A stretch of 64,000 bases of DNA from Dehalococcoidia bacterium (GCA_965214635.1 OZ243964.1:2506691-2570690); one strand, 5' to 3'. Shown: positions 9,850 through 19,018, counted from the stretch's first letter. A program made the numbers and translations. Notes: generated by a model not told the origin, from the sequence alone.

Positions 9850-11058
9850 ATGGCTCTTGATTTGACGGAAACCGCCCTGCAAATAGACCATATGGCGGAC
9901 GCCATCAAGCACCGCAGCAGCGACAAGCACAGACGCCTTGCCGACGCTATCAGCGCCACGCAGGGCTTCGACCCCGCCGCATACGATGCTAGACGCAATC
10001 AGCCCGGTGCTGCGCTGAACTGGACTTTGCCCGAGGTGTCGGAGTGTCCGATTCATGCCGTTTCGCCGCCGTCGCTGCCCGACGAGTACGCGGTCGTGGG
10101 CGTGGACGGCTCGCATATAGATGTCAGCCGACACATCCCTGCGCGCTGCTTTCTAATCAACATCGGCGGCATGACACTTCGATACGGCGCAAGCGCAGCA
10201 GTGTCGGCATTTAGCGAGCCTCGCCTCTACGCCCAGGATGACGAACTTGTCATCCGCGACGAACACGCTCCCTATCGCGAAGAGACCATCAGCGGCGCAG
10301 TGCTGGACGCCAAGCGTGCGGTGGAGGAGCTTCGCGGCTTGGCGAGTGCCATTCAGAGCGCTCCCGCCGACATACCGACGCTCGGCTTGCTTGACGGCTC
10401 GATGGTGCTGTTCGGGATGCACCGCCACCCAGATTTCGTGGTGCGCCGACTGGTGGACGAAGGTTTCGTGGAGGTGTTGGACGACCTGCGGCGTATGGCA
10501 GTCGAGCGAACGCTCGCCATAGCGAGCTACATCAGCCTGCCCCGCAGCGCCGAGTTGGTGAACGCCCTGCGGCTCAGCCACTGCCCCTACCCGGTGCCTA
10601 ACTGCGAACGCGAATGCGGCAAGAAACCCGTTGCGTACCGGCCGTGCGAATCCGCCGTCGGAGGCGTTATGGACCGCGATGTGTTCGCCGAGACGCTTCG
10701 CCCCGGTGAGCGTTCACCTGTGTTCGGCAGCAACGCCAACATCGTCCGCACTCACTACGGAGACCACCAAATCCGCTTCTTCTACATCCGCATCGAGGAA
10801 GAGATAGGGCGCGTGGAAGTGCCGCATTGGGTCGCGGACGACGAAACGCTGCTCGGGCTTACTCATGCGCTCATCGTGGAGCAGTGCAATCTTGGCCCCG
10901 GCTATCCTGTGTCGCTAAAAGAGGCACATGAGCAAGCGGTCGTATCCGGCGCAGACCGCCGTCGCTTCGTCGAACTCGTAGAGGATGCACTTGTCGATCG
11001 GCGGCTGTCCGCCTATTCGTCCGAAAAGAACATATCCAAGATGCGGCGCTGGCTGTAG
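9850..11058 (+). CDS. nurA: NurA-domain nuclease
   Basis: 402 aa. NurA-type acidic motifs 'VVGVDGSHIDVS' and 'GLLDGSMVLFG', and C-terminal 'GYPVSLKEAHEQAVV'. AGGAG RBS upstream. Confidence 0.7.
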   Translation: MALDLTETALQIDHMADAIKHRSSDKHRRLADAISATQGFDPAAYDARRNQPGAALNWTLPEVSECPIHAVSPPSLPDEYAVVGVDGSHIDVSRHIPARCFLINIGGMTLRYGASAAVSAFSEPRLYAQDDELVIRDEHAPYREETISGAVLDAKRAVEELRGLASAIQSAPADIPTLGLLDGSMVLFGMHRHPDFVVRRLVDEGFVEVLDDLRRMAVERTLAIASYISLPRSAELVNALRLSHCPYPVPNCERECGKKPVAYRPCESAVGGVMDRDVFAETLRPGERSPVFGSNANIVRTHYGDHQIRFFYIRIEEEIGRVEVPHWVADDETLLGLTHALIVEQCNLGPGYPVSLKEAHEQAVVSGADRRRFVELVEDALVDRRLSAYSSEKNISKMRRWL

Positions 11059-11203
11059 CGCAGCCGATTTAGGCAAGCGCCATTGCTGAAACCGCAGCGC
11101 ATGCATCTCTACACATAGCCTTACCCTTATATATGTGTGGCAGCAGGGCAGCCGCCTATATGCCGTTGACATACGAGGTTATGCCACCCGAAACGGAGAC
11201 GCA

Positions 11204-11806
11204 ATGCTAACATCCGACGACCCCACAGCGACGCGCATCGGCGAGGTCATCGCCGCATCCACATCCGAACTCACCGCCCAATGCTATCAGGTTTATGAAG
11301 CCCCACCATTGGGGCGACTGGTGCGGTGCGGCGAAAATACCCCCGCATACGCCATCGTCTGCGAAGCCTCCACGCAGAGCCTAGACCCGTCGCGCCACAT
11401 CATCCCGCGCGGGCAGACCGCAGCAACCGAAGCCGATGTGTTCGCCACAAATCCTCAACTCAAGCGCCTGCTCTACACCCAATTTCGCGCGCTTATTGTC
11501 GGTTTTGCTGACGAGCAAAAAGTCCTCCGACACTACCTTCCTTCGTCCGTCCCTCGCATCTACGGCTTCGTGCACGACTGCACTGCTGACGAGGTATTCC
11601 AATTCACGCAGTCTGTGGACTTCCTGCCATTGTTGCTTGCCGCTCCTATTTCGGCGCCTGACGATGTGATAGCGTCGTTTCTTCGCCAAGCCGCCGCTGT
11701 GCATCCCAATTCGCAAGAGTTCCTCATCACTGCCGGTAAAACCCTCGCCATCGCGCTCACAGGACAGCTTCCGCGCCTCAACACAATACTAGGGAGATTG
11801 CAATGA
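11204..11806 (+). CDS. hypothetical protein, possible stand-alone HAS-barrel-like domain
   Basis: ORF 11135..11806, start placed at ATG 11204 behind GGAG. The N-terminus 'IGEVIAASTSELTAQCY..PPLGRLVRC....YAIVCE' resembles the barrel at HerA N-termini. Its stop overlaps the herA start (ATGA at 11803-11806). Confidence 0.55.
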   Translation: MLTSDDPTATRIGEVIAASTSELTAQCYQVYEAPPLGRLVRCGENTPAYAIVCEASTQSLDPSRHIIPRGQTAATEADVFATNPQLKRLLYTQFRALIVGFADEQKVLRHYLPSSVPRIYGFVHDCTADEVFQFTQSVDFLPLLLAAPISAPDDVIASFLRQAAAVHPNSQEFLITAGKTLAIALTGQLPRLNTILGRLQ

Positions 11807-13482
11807 ACCACTCAAGCAGCCCAAACCATGCGCGAAGCGAACGCACATCGGACGCCGCGTTTGGCAGCGAGTCGCTGGGAATGGTCGTGTCCGGCTCGCT
11901 CAACGACGGTATGCTCGTGCGCCTAGACCCGGGCGTATCCGTCGAGGATGTGAAGGTTGGCACACTGATAAACATACAGGGACGCCAAATGCGCTTCTTC
12001 GGCTATCTCACCGAGGTCAACCTTGCCGCAGCCGACCCCACGCTAATCACCGCACCGCCTGATGTGTCCAATCCGCTCATTGCAGCCGTGATGGATGGCA
12101 CCACCGCATATGGCACCATCACCGTAGAACCCAGCCTAACGCTGGGCGCAAACCCTGCCGATGGTCTCTTACCAGCCAAGACGATACCGCCGCACTTTTC
12201 GCGAGTGTCCCTCGCATCCGAAGAGGACATCGCCATGGTGTTTGGCGACGAAGACGACCGCCATTTCTACATCGGCAACCCGATGGATATGGAGGTTCAC
12301 CTGTGCCTAAACATAGACGAGCTAGTCAAGCGCTCAAACGGCGTGTTCGGCAAGAGCGGCACGGGTAAGACATTCCTGACGCGGTTGCTGCTGATTGGCA
12401 TCCTCCAGCATGGCATCGCCGCCAACCTAATCTTCGATATGCACGGCGAGTATGGCTGGAGCGGCACGAGCGAACACAGCGGTCAAGTTAAGGGATTGAA
12501 GCAGCTCTTCGGCTCACAAGTGGCGGTGTTCTCCCTAGACGCCGACAGCGCACGGCGGCGCGGGCTACGCCCCGACTACGATGTTCGCATCGGCTACGAC
12601 GACATAGAACCTGAGGATGTGGAGATACTCAAAGACAGCTGGGGCCTCTCAGATATAGCGGCAGATAGCGCCTACTCGCTGCAACGAATGCTTGGCAATG
12701 GCTGGCTGAGCAAGTTCTTGGGTTACCCTAATGGTGAGGGCGAGTTCAACGACCTTGCGCGCGACCTGAGCGTGCCGCACTCCACTTTGAGCGCCCTTCG
12801 CAATCGCTTGAACAGGCTGCGGCGCTTCAATTTCATCACCGATGGCACGGGCAACAACGCTGTTGAGGAAATCCTGAATTACCTCAATGATGGCAAGCAT
12901 GTGGTTCTCGAGTTTGGGCGATACGGCAGCGACATCAACGCATACCTGCTGGTTGCGAATCTGCTCACTCGCCGCATCCACAACCGATATGTTCAGATGA
13001 GCGATGCTGCCGTGGGCGATCCCACACAGCAGCCGCGTCCGCTGGTCATCACCATCGAAGAGGCGCACAAGTTCCTCAATCCCGCCGTCGCCAAGAACAC
13101 AATCTTTGGCACAATCGCCCGTGAGATGCGCAAGTACAATGTAACGCTCCTTGTGGTGGATCAGCGTCCTGCTGGTATCGACGAAGAGGTGATGAGCCAG
13201 TTGGGGACGAAGATAGCATGCTTGCTGGACAACGAGCGCGACACCGATGCGGTGCTATCCGGAGTGTCGGGCAGCCGCAAACTCCGCACCGTGTTGGCGA
13301 GGCTCGAGTCCAACCGCCAAGCGCTCGTGTTCGGGCACGCCCTGCCTATGCCCGTGGTCATACAGACGCGCGAGTACGGCAGCCCCGAATCCTACCGCGC
13401 TCTCGGCTTCGCAGAATCATCCGAACTCAAGGCACAGGCGGAGCGTACCGCCGACCTGCTCTTCGGCACGCCGTCAGCCTGA
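11803..13482 (+). CDS. herA: HerA/FtsK-class ATPase (DUF87-type helicase)
   Basis: 559 aa. N-terminal barrel (GMVVSGSLNDGMLVRL...INIQGRQMRFFGYLTEV), Walker A 'GVFGKSGTGKTF', Walker B 'LVITIEEAHKF', and 'LLVVDQRPAGIDEEVMSQLGTKIACLL' typical of HerA. Confidence 0.8.
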   Translation: MNHSSSPNHARSERTSDAAFGSESLGMVVSGSLNDGMLVRLDPGVSVEDVKVGTLINIQGRQMRFFGYLTEVNLAAADPTLITAPPDVSNPLIAAVMDGTTAYGTITVEPSLTLGANPADGLLPAKTIPPHFSRVSLASEEDIAMVFGDEDDRHFYIGNPMDMEVHLCLNIDELVKRSNGVFGKSGTGKTFLTRLLLIGILQHGIAANLIFDMHGEYGWSGTSEHSGQVKGLKQLFGSQVAVFSLDADSARRRGLRPDYDVRIGYDDIEPEDVEILKDSWGLSDIAADSAYSLQRMLGNGWLSKFLGYPNGEGEFNDLARDLSVPHSTLSALRNRLNRLRRFNFITDGTGNNAVEEILNYLNDGKHVVLEFGRYGSDINAYLLVANLLTRRIHNRYVQMSDAAVGDPTQQPRPLVITIEEAHKFLNPAVAKNTIFGTIAREMRKYNVTLLVVDQRPAGIDEEVMSQLGTKIACLLDNERDTDAVLSGVSGSRKLRTVLARLESNRQALVFGHALPMPVVIQTREYGSPESYRALGFAESSELKAQAERTADLLFGTPSA

Positions 13483-13534
13483 CCGAAAGACAATCGGCTT
13501 CTTATTTGAAAAAAATGCAAGGGGCTTATAGTAT

Positions 13535-13987
13535 GTGCAAGAGGATGACAGCCACGGGCGCGAAGATTTGCTCAGCATTGTACGGGGATTGCGTCCGTAC
13601 TACTTCTGGGTGTTTGTCATACAGCTCGCCGCATGGGCGGCACTGGTCATATGGCTAGAATCGACCGGAGGCGAACACGATAGCGTTCCTGCGTATGCAG
13701 TGGCAGTGGGCACGCATATGGCGCAGCTGACGCTAGCGTCGCTTGCCGCAACCGTAATATTAGTTGACATAGGAAGATACATAAGGAGGAATTTCGTGGT
13801 ATTCCTACCCGACCCAATTATAAAAGTCAGAGCCAAAGCCAGAGCCGAGGGCAGGGCAGAAGGCAGAGCAGAGCGGGATCTAGAGTGGAGAGCGTATATA
13901 CGCGAGATGCTCGAAGCCATGCGCAAAGGCGAGGATTTCGACAGGCCATTGCCCGACGAGAAAGACTCTGACAACAATCACGGCTAG
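13535..13987 (+). CDS. small two-TM protein with charged (RAEG)n tail, array copy 1
   Basis: 150-aa ORF, GTG start behind AAGGGG. TM1 YYFWVFVIQLAAWAALVIWL, TM2 LTLASLAATVILVDIG, tail KVRAKARAEGRAEGRAERDLEWRAYIREMLEAMRKGEDFD... Confidence 0.6.
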   Translation: MQEDDSHGREDLLSIVRGLRPYYFWVFVIQLAAWAALVIWLESTGGEHDSVPAYAVAVGTHMAQLTLASLAATVILVDIGRYIRRNFVVFLPDPIIKVRAKARAEGRAEGRAERDLEWRAYIREMLEAMRKGEDFDRPLPDEKDSDNNHG

Positions 13988-13988
13988 C

Positions 13989-14435
13989 ATGCATGACAGC
14001 CCCGAGCGCGAAGATTTGCTCAGCATTGTACGGGGATTGCGCCCGTACTACTTCTGGGTGTTTGTCATACAGCTCGTCGCTTGGGCGGCACTGGTCATAT
14101 GGCTAGAATCGACCGGAGGCGAACACGATGGCGTTCCTGCGTATGCAGTGGCAGTTGGCACGCAGATGGCGCAATTGACGCTAGCGTCGCTTGCCGCAAC
14201 CGTAATATTAGTTGACATAGGAAGATACATAAGGAGGAATCTCGTGGTATTCCTACCCGACCCAATTATAAAAGTCAGAGCCAAAGCCAGAGCCGAGGGC
14301 AGGGCAGAAGGCAGAGCAGAGCGGGATCTAGAGTGGAGAGCGTATATACGCGAGATGCTCGAAGCCATGCGCAAAGGCGAGGATTTCGACAGGCCATTGC
14401 CCGACGAGAAAGACTCTGACAACAATCACGGCTAG
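13989..14435 (+). CDS. small two-TM protein, array copy 2
   Basis: 148-aa ORF. Its ATG lies 1 nt after the copy-1 stop (TAGcATG). It differs from copy 1 by a handful of substitutions. Confidence 0.6.
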   Translation: MHDSPEREDLLSIVRGLRPYYFWVFVIQLVAWAALVIWLESTGGEHDGVPAYAVAVGTQMAQLTLASLAATVILVDIGRYIRRNLVVFLPDPIIKVRAKARAEGRAEGRAERDLEWRAYIREMLEAMRKGEDFDRPLPDEKDSDNNHG

Positions 14436-14436
14436 C

Positions 14437-14937
14437 ATGCATGACAGCCCCGAGCGCGAAGATTTGCTCAGCATTGTACGGGGATTGCGCCCGTACTACT
14501 TCTGGGTGTTTGTCATACAGCTCGTCGCTTGGGCGGCACTGGTCATATGGCTAGAATCGACCGGAGGCGAACACGATGGCGTTCCTGCGTATGCAGTGGC
14601 AGTTGGCACGCAGATGGCGCAATTGACGCTAGCGTCGCTTGCCGCAACCGTAATATTAGTTGACATAGGAAGATACATAAGGAGGAATCTCGTGGTATTC
14701 CTACCCGACCCCATTATAAAAGTCAGAGCCAAAGCCAGAGCAGAGGGCAGGGCAGAAGGTATAGCAGAGGGCAGAGCCAAAGGCAGGGCAGAAGGCATAG
14801 CGGAGGGTATAGCCAAAGCCAGAGCAGAAAGGAGGGCAGAGCGGGATCTAGAGTGGAGAGCGTATATACGCGAGATGCTCGAAGCCATCCGCAGAGGCGA
14901 GGATTTCGACAAGCCATCTCCGGACGAGAAAGACTAG
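14437..14937 (+). CDS. small two-TM protein, array copy 3 (expanded tail repeat)
   Basis: 166-aa ORF. First ~270 nt are essentially identical to copy 2. The tail repeat is expanded to RAEGRAEGIAEGRAKGRAEGIAEGIAKARAERRAE. The stop is created at a deletion junction. Confidence 0.6.
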   Translation: MHDSPEREDLLSIVRGLRPYYFWVFVIQLVAWAALVIWLESTGGEHDGVPAYAVAVGTQMAQLTLASLAATVILVDIGRYIRRNLVVFLPDPIIKVRAKARAEGRAEGIAEGRAKGRAEGIAEGIAKARAERRAERDLEWRAYIREMLEAIRRGEDFDKPSPDEKD

Positions 14938-15164
14938 CGTCGCTTGCAACAACCGTAATATTAGTTGACATAGGAAGATACATAAGGAGGAATCTCGTGG
15001 TATTCCTACCCGACCCCATTACAAAAGTCAGAGCCAAAGCTAGAGCCGAGCGGGACCTAGAGTGGAGGGCGTATATACGCGAGATGCTCGAAGCCATCCG
15101 CAAAGGCGAGGATTTCGACAAGCCATCGCCCGACGAGAAAGACTCTGACAACAAACGCGGCTAA
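14938..15164 (+). pseudogene. 5'-truncated fourth copy of the array gene
   Basis: Starts mid-gene at 'LASLATTVILVDIGRYIRRN'. It lacks TM1 and the start codon, and its tail has no RAEG expansion. It retains the internal AAGGAGG-N6-GTG (GTG at 14997), so a 55-aa tail peptide could still be made. Confidence 0.6.
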
Positions 15165-15208
15165 CATGCATCACAGCCACTTATTGCAATCATATTAGGG
15201 AGTGTACT

Positions 15209-15778
15209 ATGACCACAACTGTAAAGCACCTGTCTACAGAAGAGTTGCACAAAGGCTTGGACGATGTTCGCCAAGCGCCCAAGGATGGCGGGACGCTGCG
15301 CCTCATCGTTCGCCGCCCAGACACCGGCGAACGCGAGTCGCTGGACGAAGGCAGACTGGACACCAATGAGGGGCTGGCCGGAGACAACTGGCGCGCACGC
15401 GGCAGCGCATCCACGGCCGACGGATCAGCCGACCCCGAATGCCAAATCACCATCATGAACGCCCGCGTGTCGCAGCTCGTGGCGCAAGACCCTGCGCGCT
15501 GGCATCTCGCCGGCGACCAGCTCTATGTGGATATGGACATCAGCCGGGAGAACCTTCCCCCCGGCACGCGACTGTCCGTTGGCGGCGCCATCCTCGAGGT
15601 GTCCGCCAAGCCTCACACAGGCTGCGGCAAGTTCGTCCACCGCTTTGGGGCTGATGCGATGAAGTTCGTCAACTCCACCATCGGGCGCGACCTCTGCTTG
15701 CGCGGCATCAACACCCGGGTGATACAGGGCGGCGCAATCACCGCAGGCGATACCGTGACCAAGATGGAAGCGGACTAG
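15209..15778 (+). CDS. MOSC domain protein
   Basis: 189 aa with 'LSVGGAILEVSAKPHTGCGKFVHRFG...GINTRVIQGGAITAGDTV', the conserved MOSC beta-barrel/Cys region. AGGGAG RBS. Confidence 0.8.
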   Translation: MTTTVKHLSTEELHKGLDDVRQAPKDGGTLRLIVRRPDTGERESLDEGRLDTNEGLAGDNWRARGSASTADGSADPECQITIMNARVSQLVAQDPARWHLAGDQLYVDMDISRENLPPGTRLSVGGAILEVSAKPHTGCGKFVHRFGADAMKFVNSTIGRDLCLRGINTRVIQGGAITAGDTVTKMEAD

Positions 15779-15797
15779 ACGGCGGGCACGCATTTGG

Positions 15798-15836
15798 GGC
15801 ACATTGAGGCGTGCATTGCGCAACTCAATGTGCCCA
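15798..15836. terminator. 12-bp perfect hairpin between convergent genes
   Basis: GGGCACATTGAG-N15-CTCAATGTGCCC, followed by ATTATTG on + and preceded by GCATTT. It sits between the MOSC stop (15778) and the enolase stop (15940). Confidence 0.5.
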
Positions 15837-15939
15837 TTATTGTCCATTATCCCGATTTGCTCACGAAAACTTAATTAGACGAGAACAGAGTGTGGGTGAT
15901 ATGGCGAATGTGCTTCCCTGAGTGCGTTGCGCGCATGCC

Positions 15940-17118
15940 TCACATCGCTCGCCCTTCCAGCCATTTCGTTGTAACCTCTATGCCGAAGCCGGGTGCGTCG
16001 GACGGCACGAGATAGCCGTCCTTGATGGCAGGCGTTCCCGGCAGCGCAACCATCTCTTCTAGCGGCACGCCCGGTGGCGATACGCCTTCCGAACGCTCGC
16101 CCCACGCTATCGCCGGCATTGCATAGGCGAGGTGCTGCCCGTAGGGGTAGTTCATCCCGCCATGCCCGATGACGCTCACCCCGTGCGCCTCCGCTATGTG
16201 GCATATCCGCACCGTTGCTGTTACGCCCCCGACCCATGCCACATCCGGCTGCATGATGTCCACTAGACCCTGCCCTGCCGCAAGCGCAAACGGATGGATG
16301 GTGTGCCAGTGTTCACCCGTTGCCAAAATCTGCCCCGGTACGCGTTGGCGCACCTTGATATAGCTGTCCATATCGTAGGGCGGCAAGTAGTCTTCCAGCC
16401 ACTTGAGGCGATACGGCTTCAGCGCTTCCACTAGCCGCACCACATACTCGGTGTTGAGCGACATCCAAGCATCTAGCATCAGCTCCACATCGTCGCCAAT
16501 CTGCTCGCGCGTTGCTGCGACGAGTTCCACATTCTTGTTCAGCCCGGCGATGCCCTCTTGCGGGCCGTGCGGCACGAAGAGCTTCACCGCCTTGAAGCCC
16601 AGCTCCAAGAACCACTCTATGCTGTTTGCCACGCCGTAGGATGTGTCGGTATTGCTGGCGTAGCAGAATATCTTATCCTTCTGCGGCCCGCCGAGCAGTT
16701 CGTACACCGGGACGCCGAGCAGCTTGCCCTTCAAGTCCCACAGGGCGTTGTCCACCGCACTGATGGCGTAGCTCGCAAGCCCGATGTTGCCATAGTGCGT
16801 GGCTATCCGCTGCATCATGTCCCATGCTTTTTCTATCGCCATCGGGTTCTGACCCGTAAGCAGCGGCGCAAAGTGTTCGTTGATAATCAGATTCACGGGC
16901 GCGCTGTTGATGGTGATGCCAAGCCCCCAGGTGCCGTCGTCCGCAGTTACCACGCAGGCGGTTCTGCCCCAAGGTGCGCTCCAATCTGCCTTGCTGAACT
17001 CGCCGTAGCCCATCATCGGGCTGACCCAGTCCGGCGCATCGAGGCGGGGGACGCGCGGCAGTGTCTTGCGCTCCGGCGTCAGGTCTATCGAAAACGCTCT
17101 GACGGACTTTATCTTCAA
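15940..17118 (-). CDS. enolase-superfamily dehydratase, L-rhamnonate dehydratase-like subgroup
   Basis: 392 aa. 'AVDNALWDLKGKLLGVPVYELLGG', 'LMLDAWMSLN....LKWLEDYLPP', 'ATGEH', 'DIMQPDVAWVGG' align by eye with RhmD-type mandelate racemase/muconate-lactonizing (MR/MLE) family members. Confidence 0.8.
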   Translation of the reverse strand: MKIKSVRAFSIDLTPERKTLPRVPRLDAPDWVSPMMGYGEFSKADWSAPWGRTACVVTADDGTWGLGITINSAPVNLIINEHFAPLLTGQNPMAIEKAWDMMQRIATHYGNIGLASYAISAVDNALWDLKGKLLGVPVYELLGGPQKDKIFCYASNTDTSYGVANSIEWFLELGFKAVKLFVPHGPQEGIAGLNKNVELVAATREQIGDDVELMLDAWMSLNTEYVVRLVEALKPYRLKWLEDYLPPYDMDSYIKVRQRVPGQILATGEHWHTIHPFALAAGQGLVDIMQPDVAWVGGVTATVRICHIAEAHGVSVIGHGGMNYPYGQHLAYAMPAIAWGERSEGVSPPGVPLEEMVALPGTPAIKDGYLVPSDAPGFGIEVTTKWLEGRAM

Positions 17119-17238
17119 TGCAAATCTCCTGTGCTTAGCTCACTCGATTGGGGTGAAATCCGCTTCGTATTGGGAATAATCTGCTAGTCTGCTTATCCAT
17201 ACGGGGATGGCGGCATACTTGGGTGGCGTATCCCACCG

Positions 17239-17601
17239 CTAGATTCCCAGCTCGTGTAGCCGCTCGTCGTCTATGCCGAAGTGGTGGGCTATCTCGTGTA
17301 CAACCGTATCCTGCACCTCACGCACGATGTCGGCTTCAGTACTGCATATGGACTCTATCGGTTGTTGGAAGAGCGTGATTTTGTCCGGCAGCACCATGCT
17401 GTAGTCGGTGCGCTCGGTCAGCGGCAAACCCTCGTACAGCCCCAGCAGCAGGCTGCCATCTTCGATGCCGGAGCCTACTAGTTGCTCGTGCGTGGGGGCG
17501 TCTTCCACCACGATGTCCACATTGTCCACATGTCGGATCAGCGCTTCTGGGATGCGTTCCATCGCCTGCCGCACTAGCCGTTCAAATTGTACGCGCGTCA
17601 T
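17239..17601 (-). CDS. small zinc metallopeptidase-like protein (Zincin_1/DUF1025 type)
   Basis: ORF 17239..17646, start placed at ATG 17601 (MTRVQFERL). C-terminal 'VVHEIAHHFGIDDERLHELG' HExxH motif. Confidence 0.65.
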   Translation of the reverse strand: MTRVQFERLVRQAMERIPEALIRHVDNVDIVVEDAPTHEQLVGSGIEDGSLLLGLYEGLPLTERTDYSMVLPDKITLFQQPIESICSTEADIVREVQDTVVHEIAHHFGIDDERLHELGI

Positions 17602-17815
17602 AGCCGCAAGTGTATCAGAAGTTCTTTGTTCTTTACAGCAGCACATAGCGAAAAAGTTGACGGAATTGGAAGAAGTCTTTTCCTGTTATGAGGGATGCTA
17701 ATGGGTGGAGAGATGCTTTTACTCAATCCGATTGACATGGAGCAAGGATGCTCGATGTGGGAGTTGTGTGAGCGCCGCACTTGACCGCTAATGGGGTCTG
17801 GGCTATCGTTCTGGC

Positions 17816-19018
17816 ATGGAAAATTACATGGGCAGCAGGAGGCGTGATTTGAAGGTAACGGACATCAAGAGCTTTGCGTTCACCGACGACGAAGACAAGC
17901 TCTACTTCATCGTCAAAGTGGAAACGGATGAGGGCATATACGGCTTGGGCGAGGTGGGCATCCCGCGCTGGGGCAATGCAGTTGCCAACGCCGTCGAGCA
18001 TCTGTCCCAACTTGTGGTCGGGCAAGACCCATTTGGCACTGAGCGGCTGTGGCAGCATATGTTTCGCGGGAGCTTCTTCCCCGCAGACAAGGTGTATTGC
18101 TGCGCCATAAGCGCCATAGACATCGCCCTGTGGGACATCAAGGGTAAGGCGCTGGGGATGCCGGTGTACAAGCTGCTTGGCGGTCCCGTGCGCGACAAGG
18201 TAGTGTCATACCCGCACACGCAGGGCGCAACCAACGCTGAGTTGGTGGAAAACTGCAAGCGCGCCGTGTCGGACGGCTGGAAGTTCGTGCGCTGGGGGCT
18301 GCCTGAAACCGGCGGTGTGTTCGAGTACCAAGGCAGCGATGGGCTGCTGGAGCCGGTGGAGTCCATGCGTATCGCCGAGGAACAGATGGCGCTTGTGCGC
18401 GACGCCGTAGGGCCGGACATTCAGCTCTGCCTAGATGTTCACACTCGCCTAGACACCGCCCACACTGTCCAGCTCTGCAAGGCGCTCGAGCCGTATATGC
18501 CCTACTTCATCGAAGACCCGCTGCGCTCTGAGAACCCGGCGAGCTACCGCACATTGGCGCGCCATGTGTCGCTGCCGATTGCCGCCGGCGAGCAGTGGGC
18601 AAGCAAGTGGTCATTCCGCGAGGTCATAGAAGAGGAGCTGATTAGCTACGCGCGCATAGACCTGTGCATCGTGGGCGGGCTGACAGAGGCGATCAAGATT
18701 ACGCACTGGGCGGAGGCGCATTACATAGACATCGTACCGCACAATCCGTTGGGGCCTGTGAGCGCCGCCGCATGCGTCAACCTGTGCATGGCGTCCACCA
18801 ATGTGGGTGTGCAGGAGATGCCGCGCCGCCCGGGGAGTTACGCCGCCGACCTGTTCCCGCAGCAGATAGACTGGGCGGACGGCTACTCGTTTGTGCCGCC
18901 GGACGCCGTGGGACTGGGTGTGGATTTCGACGAAGAACTTGTAACGGCGCGCCGGGTTGACCCGACAGGCTGGCCGCCGCAGCTTCGTCGCAACGACGGC
19001 GCATTCACCAACTGGTAG
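17816..19018 (+). CDS. enolase-superfamily dehydratase, D-mannonate dehydratase (ManD)-like subgroup
   Basis: 400 aa. 'FIVKVETDEGIYGLGE', 'AIDIALWDIKGKALGMPVYKLLGG', and C-terminal '...RRNDGAFTNW' resembling the ManD C-terminus. Confidence 0.8.
   Translation: MENYMGSRRRDLKVTDIKSFAFTDDEDKLYFIVKVETDEGIYGLGEVGIPRWGNAVANAVEHLSQLVVGQDPFGTERLWQHMFRGSFFPADKVYCCAISAIDIALWDIKGKALGMPVYKLLGGPVRDKVVSYPHTQGATNAELVENCKRAVSDGWKFVRWGLPETGGVFEYQGSDGLLEPVESMRIAEEQMALVRDAVGPDIQLCLDVHTRLDTAHTVQLCKALEPYMPYFIEDPLRSENPASYRTLARHVSLPIAAGEQWASKWSFREVIEEELISYARIDLCIVGGLTEAIKITHWAEAHYIDIVPHNPLGPVSAAACVNLCMASTNVGVQEMPRRPGSYAADLFPQQIDWADGYSFVPPDAVGLGVDFDEELVTARRVDPTGWPPQLRRNDGAFTNW

Larger units (their letters stand above)
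13545..15180 (+). repeat. head-to-tail tandem gene array, 448-bp period, about 3.5 units
   Basis: Unit starts at 13989 and 14437 are 448 bp apart. A vestigial fifth unit start (ATGCATCACAGCC) lies at about 15167-15180. Confidence 0.9.

Noticed and set aside
13535-15180. Regularly spaced repeats considered as a possible CRISPR array (also 25957-26223)
   Set aside because: The units (448 bp, and 63 bp) are contiguous with no unique spacers, lie in long ORFs and encode repeated protein segments. No cas genes are nearby.
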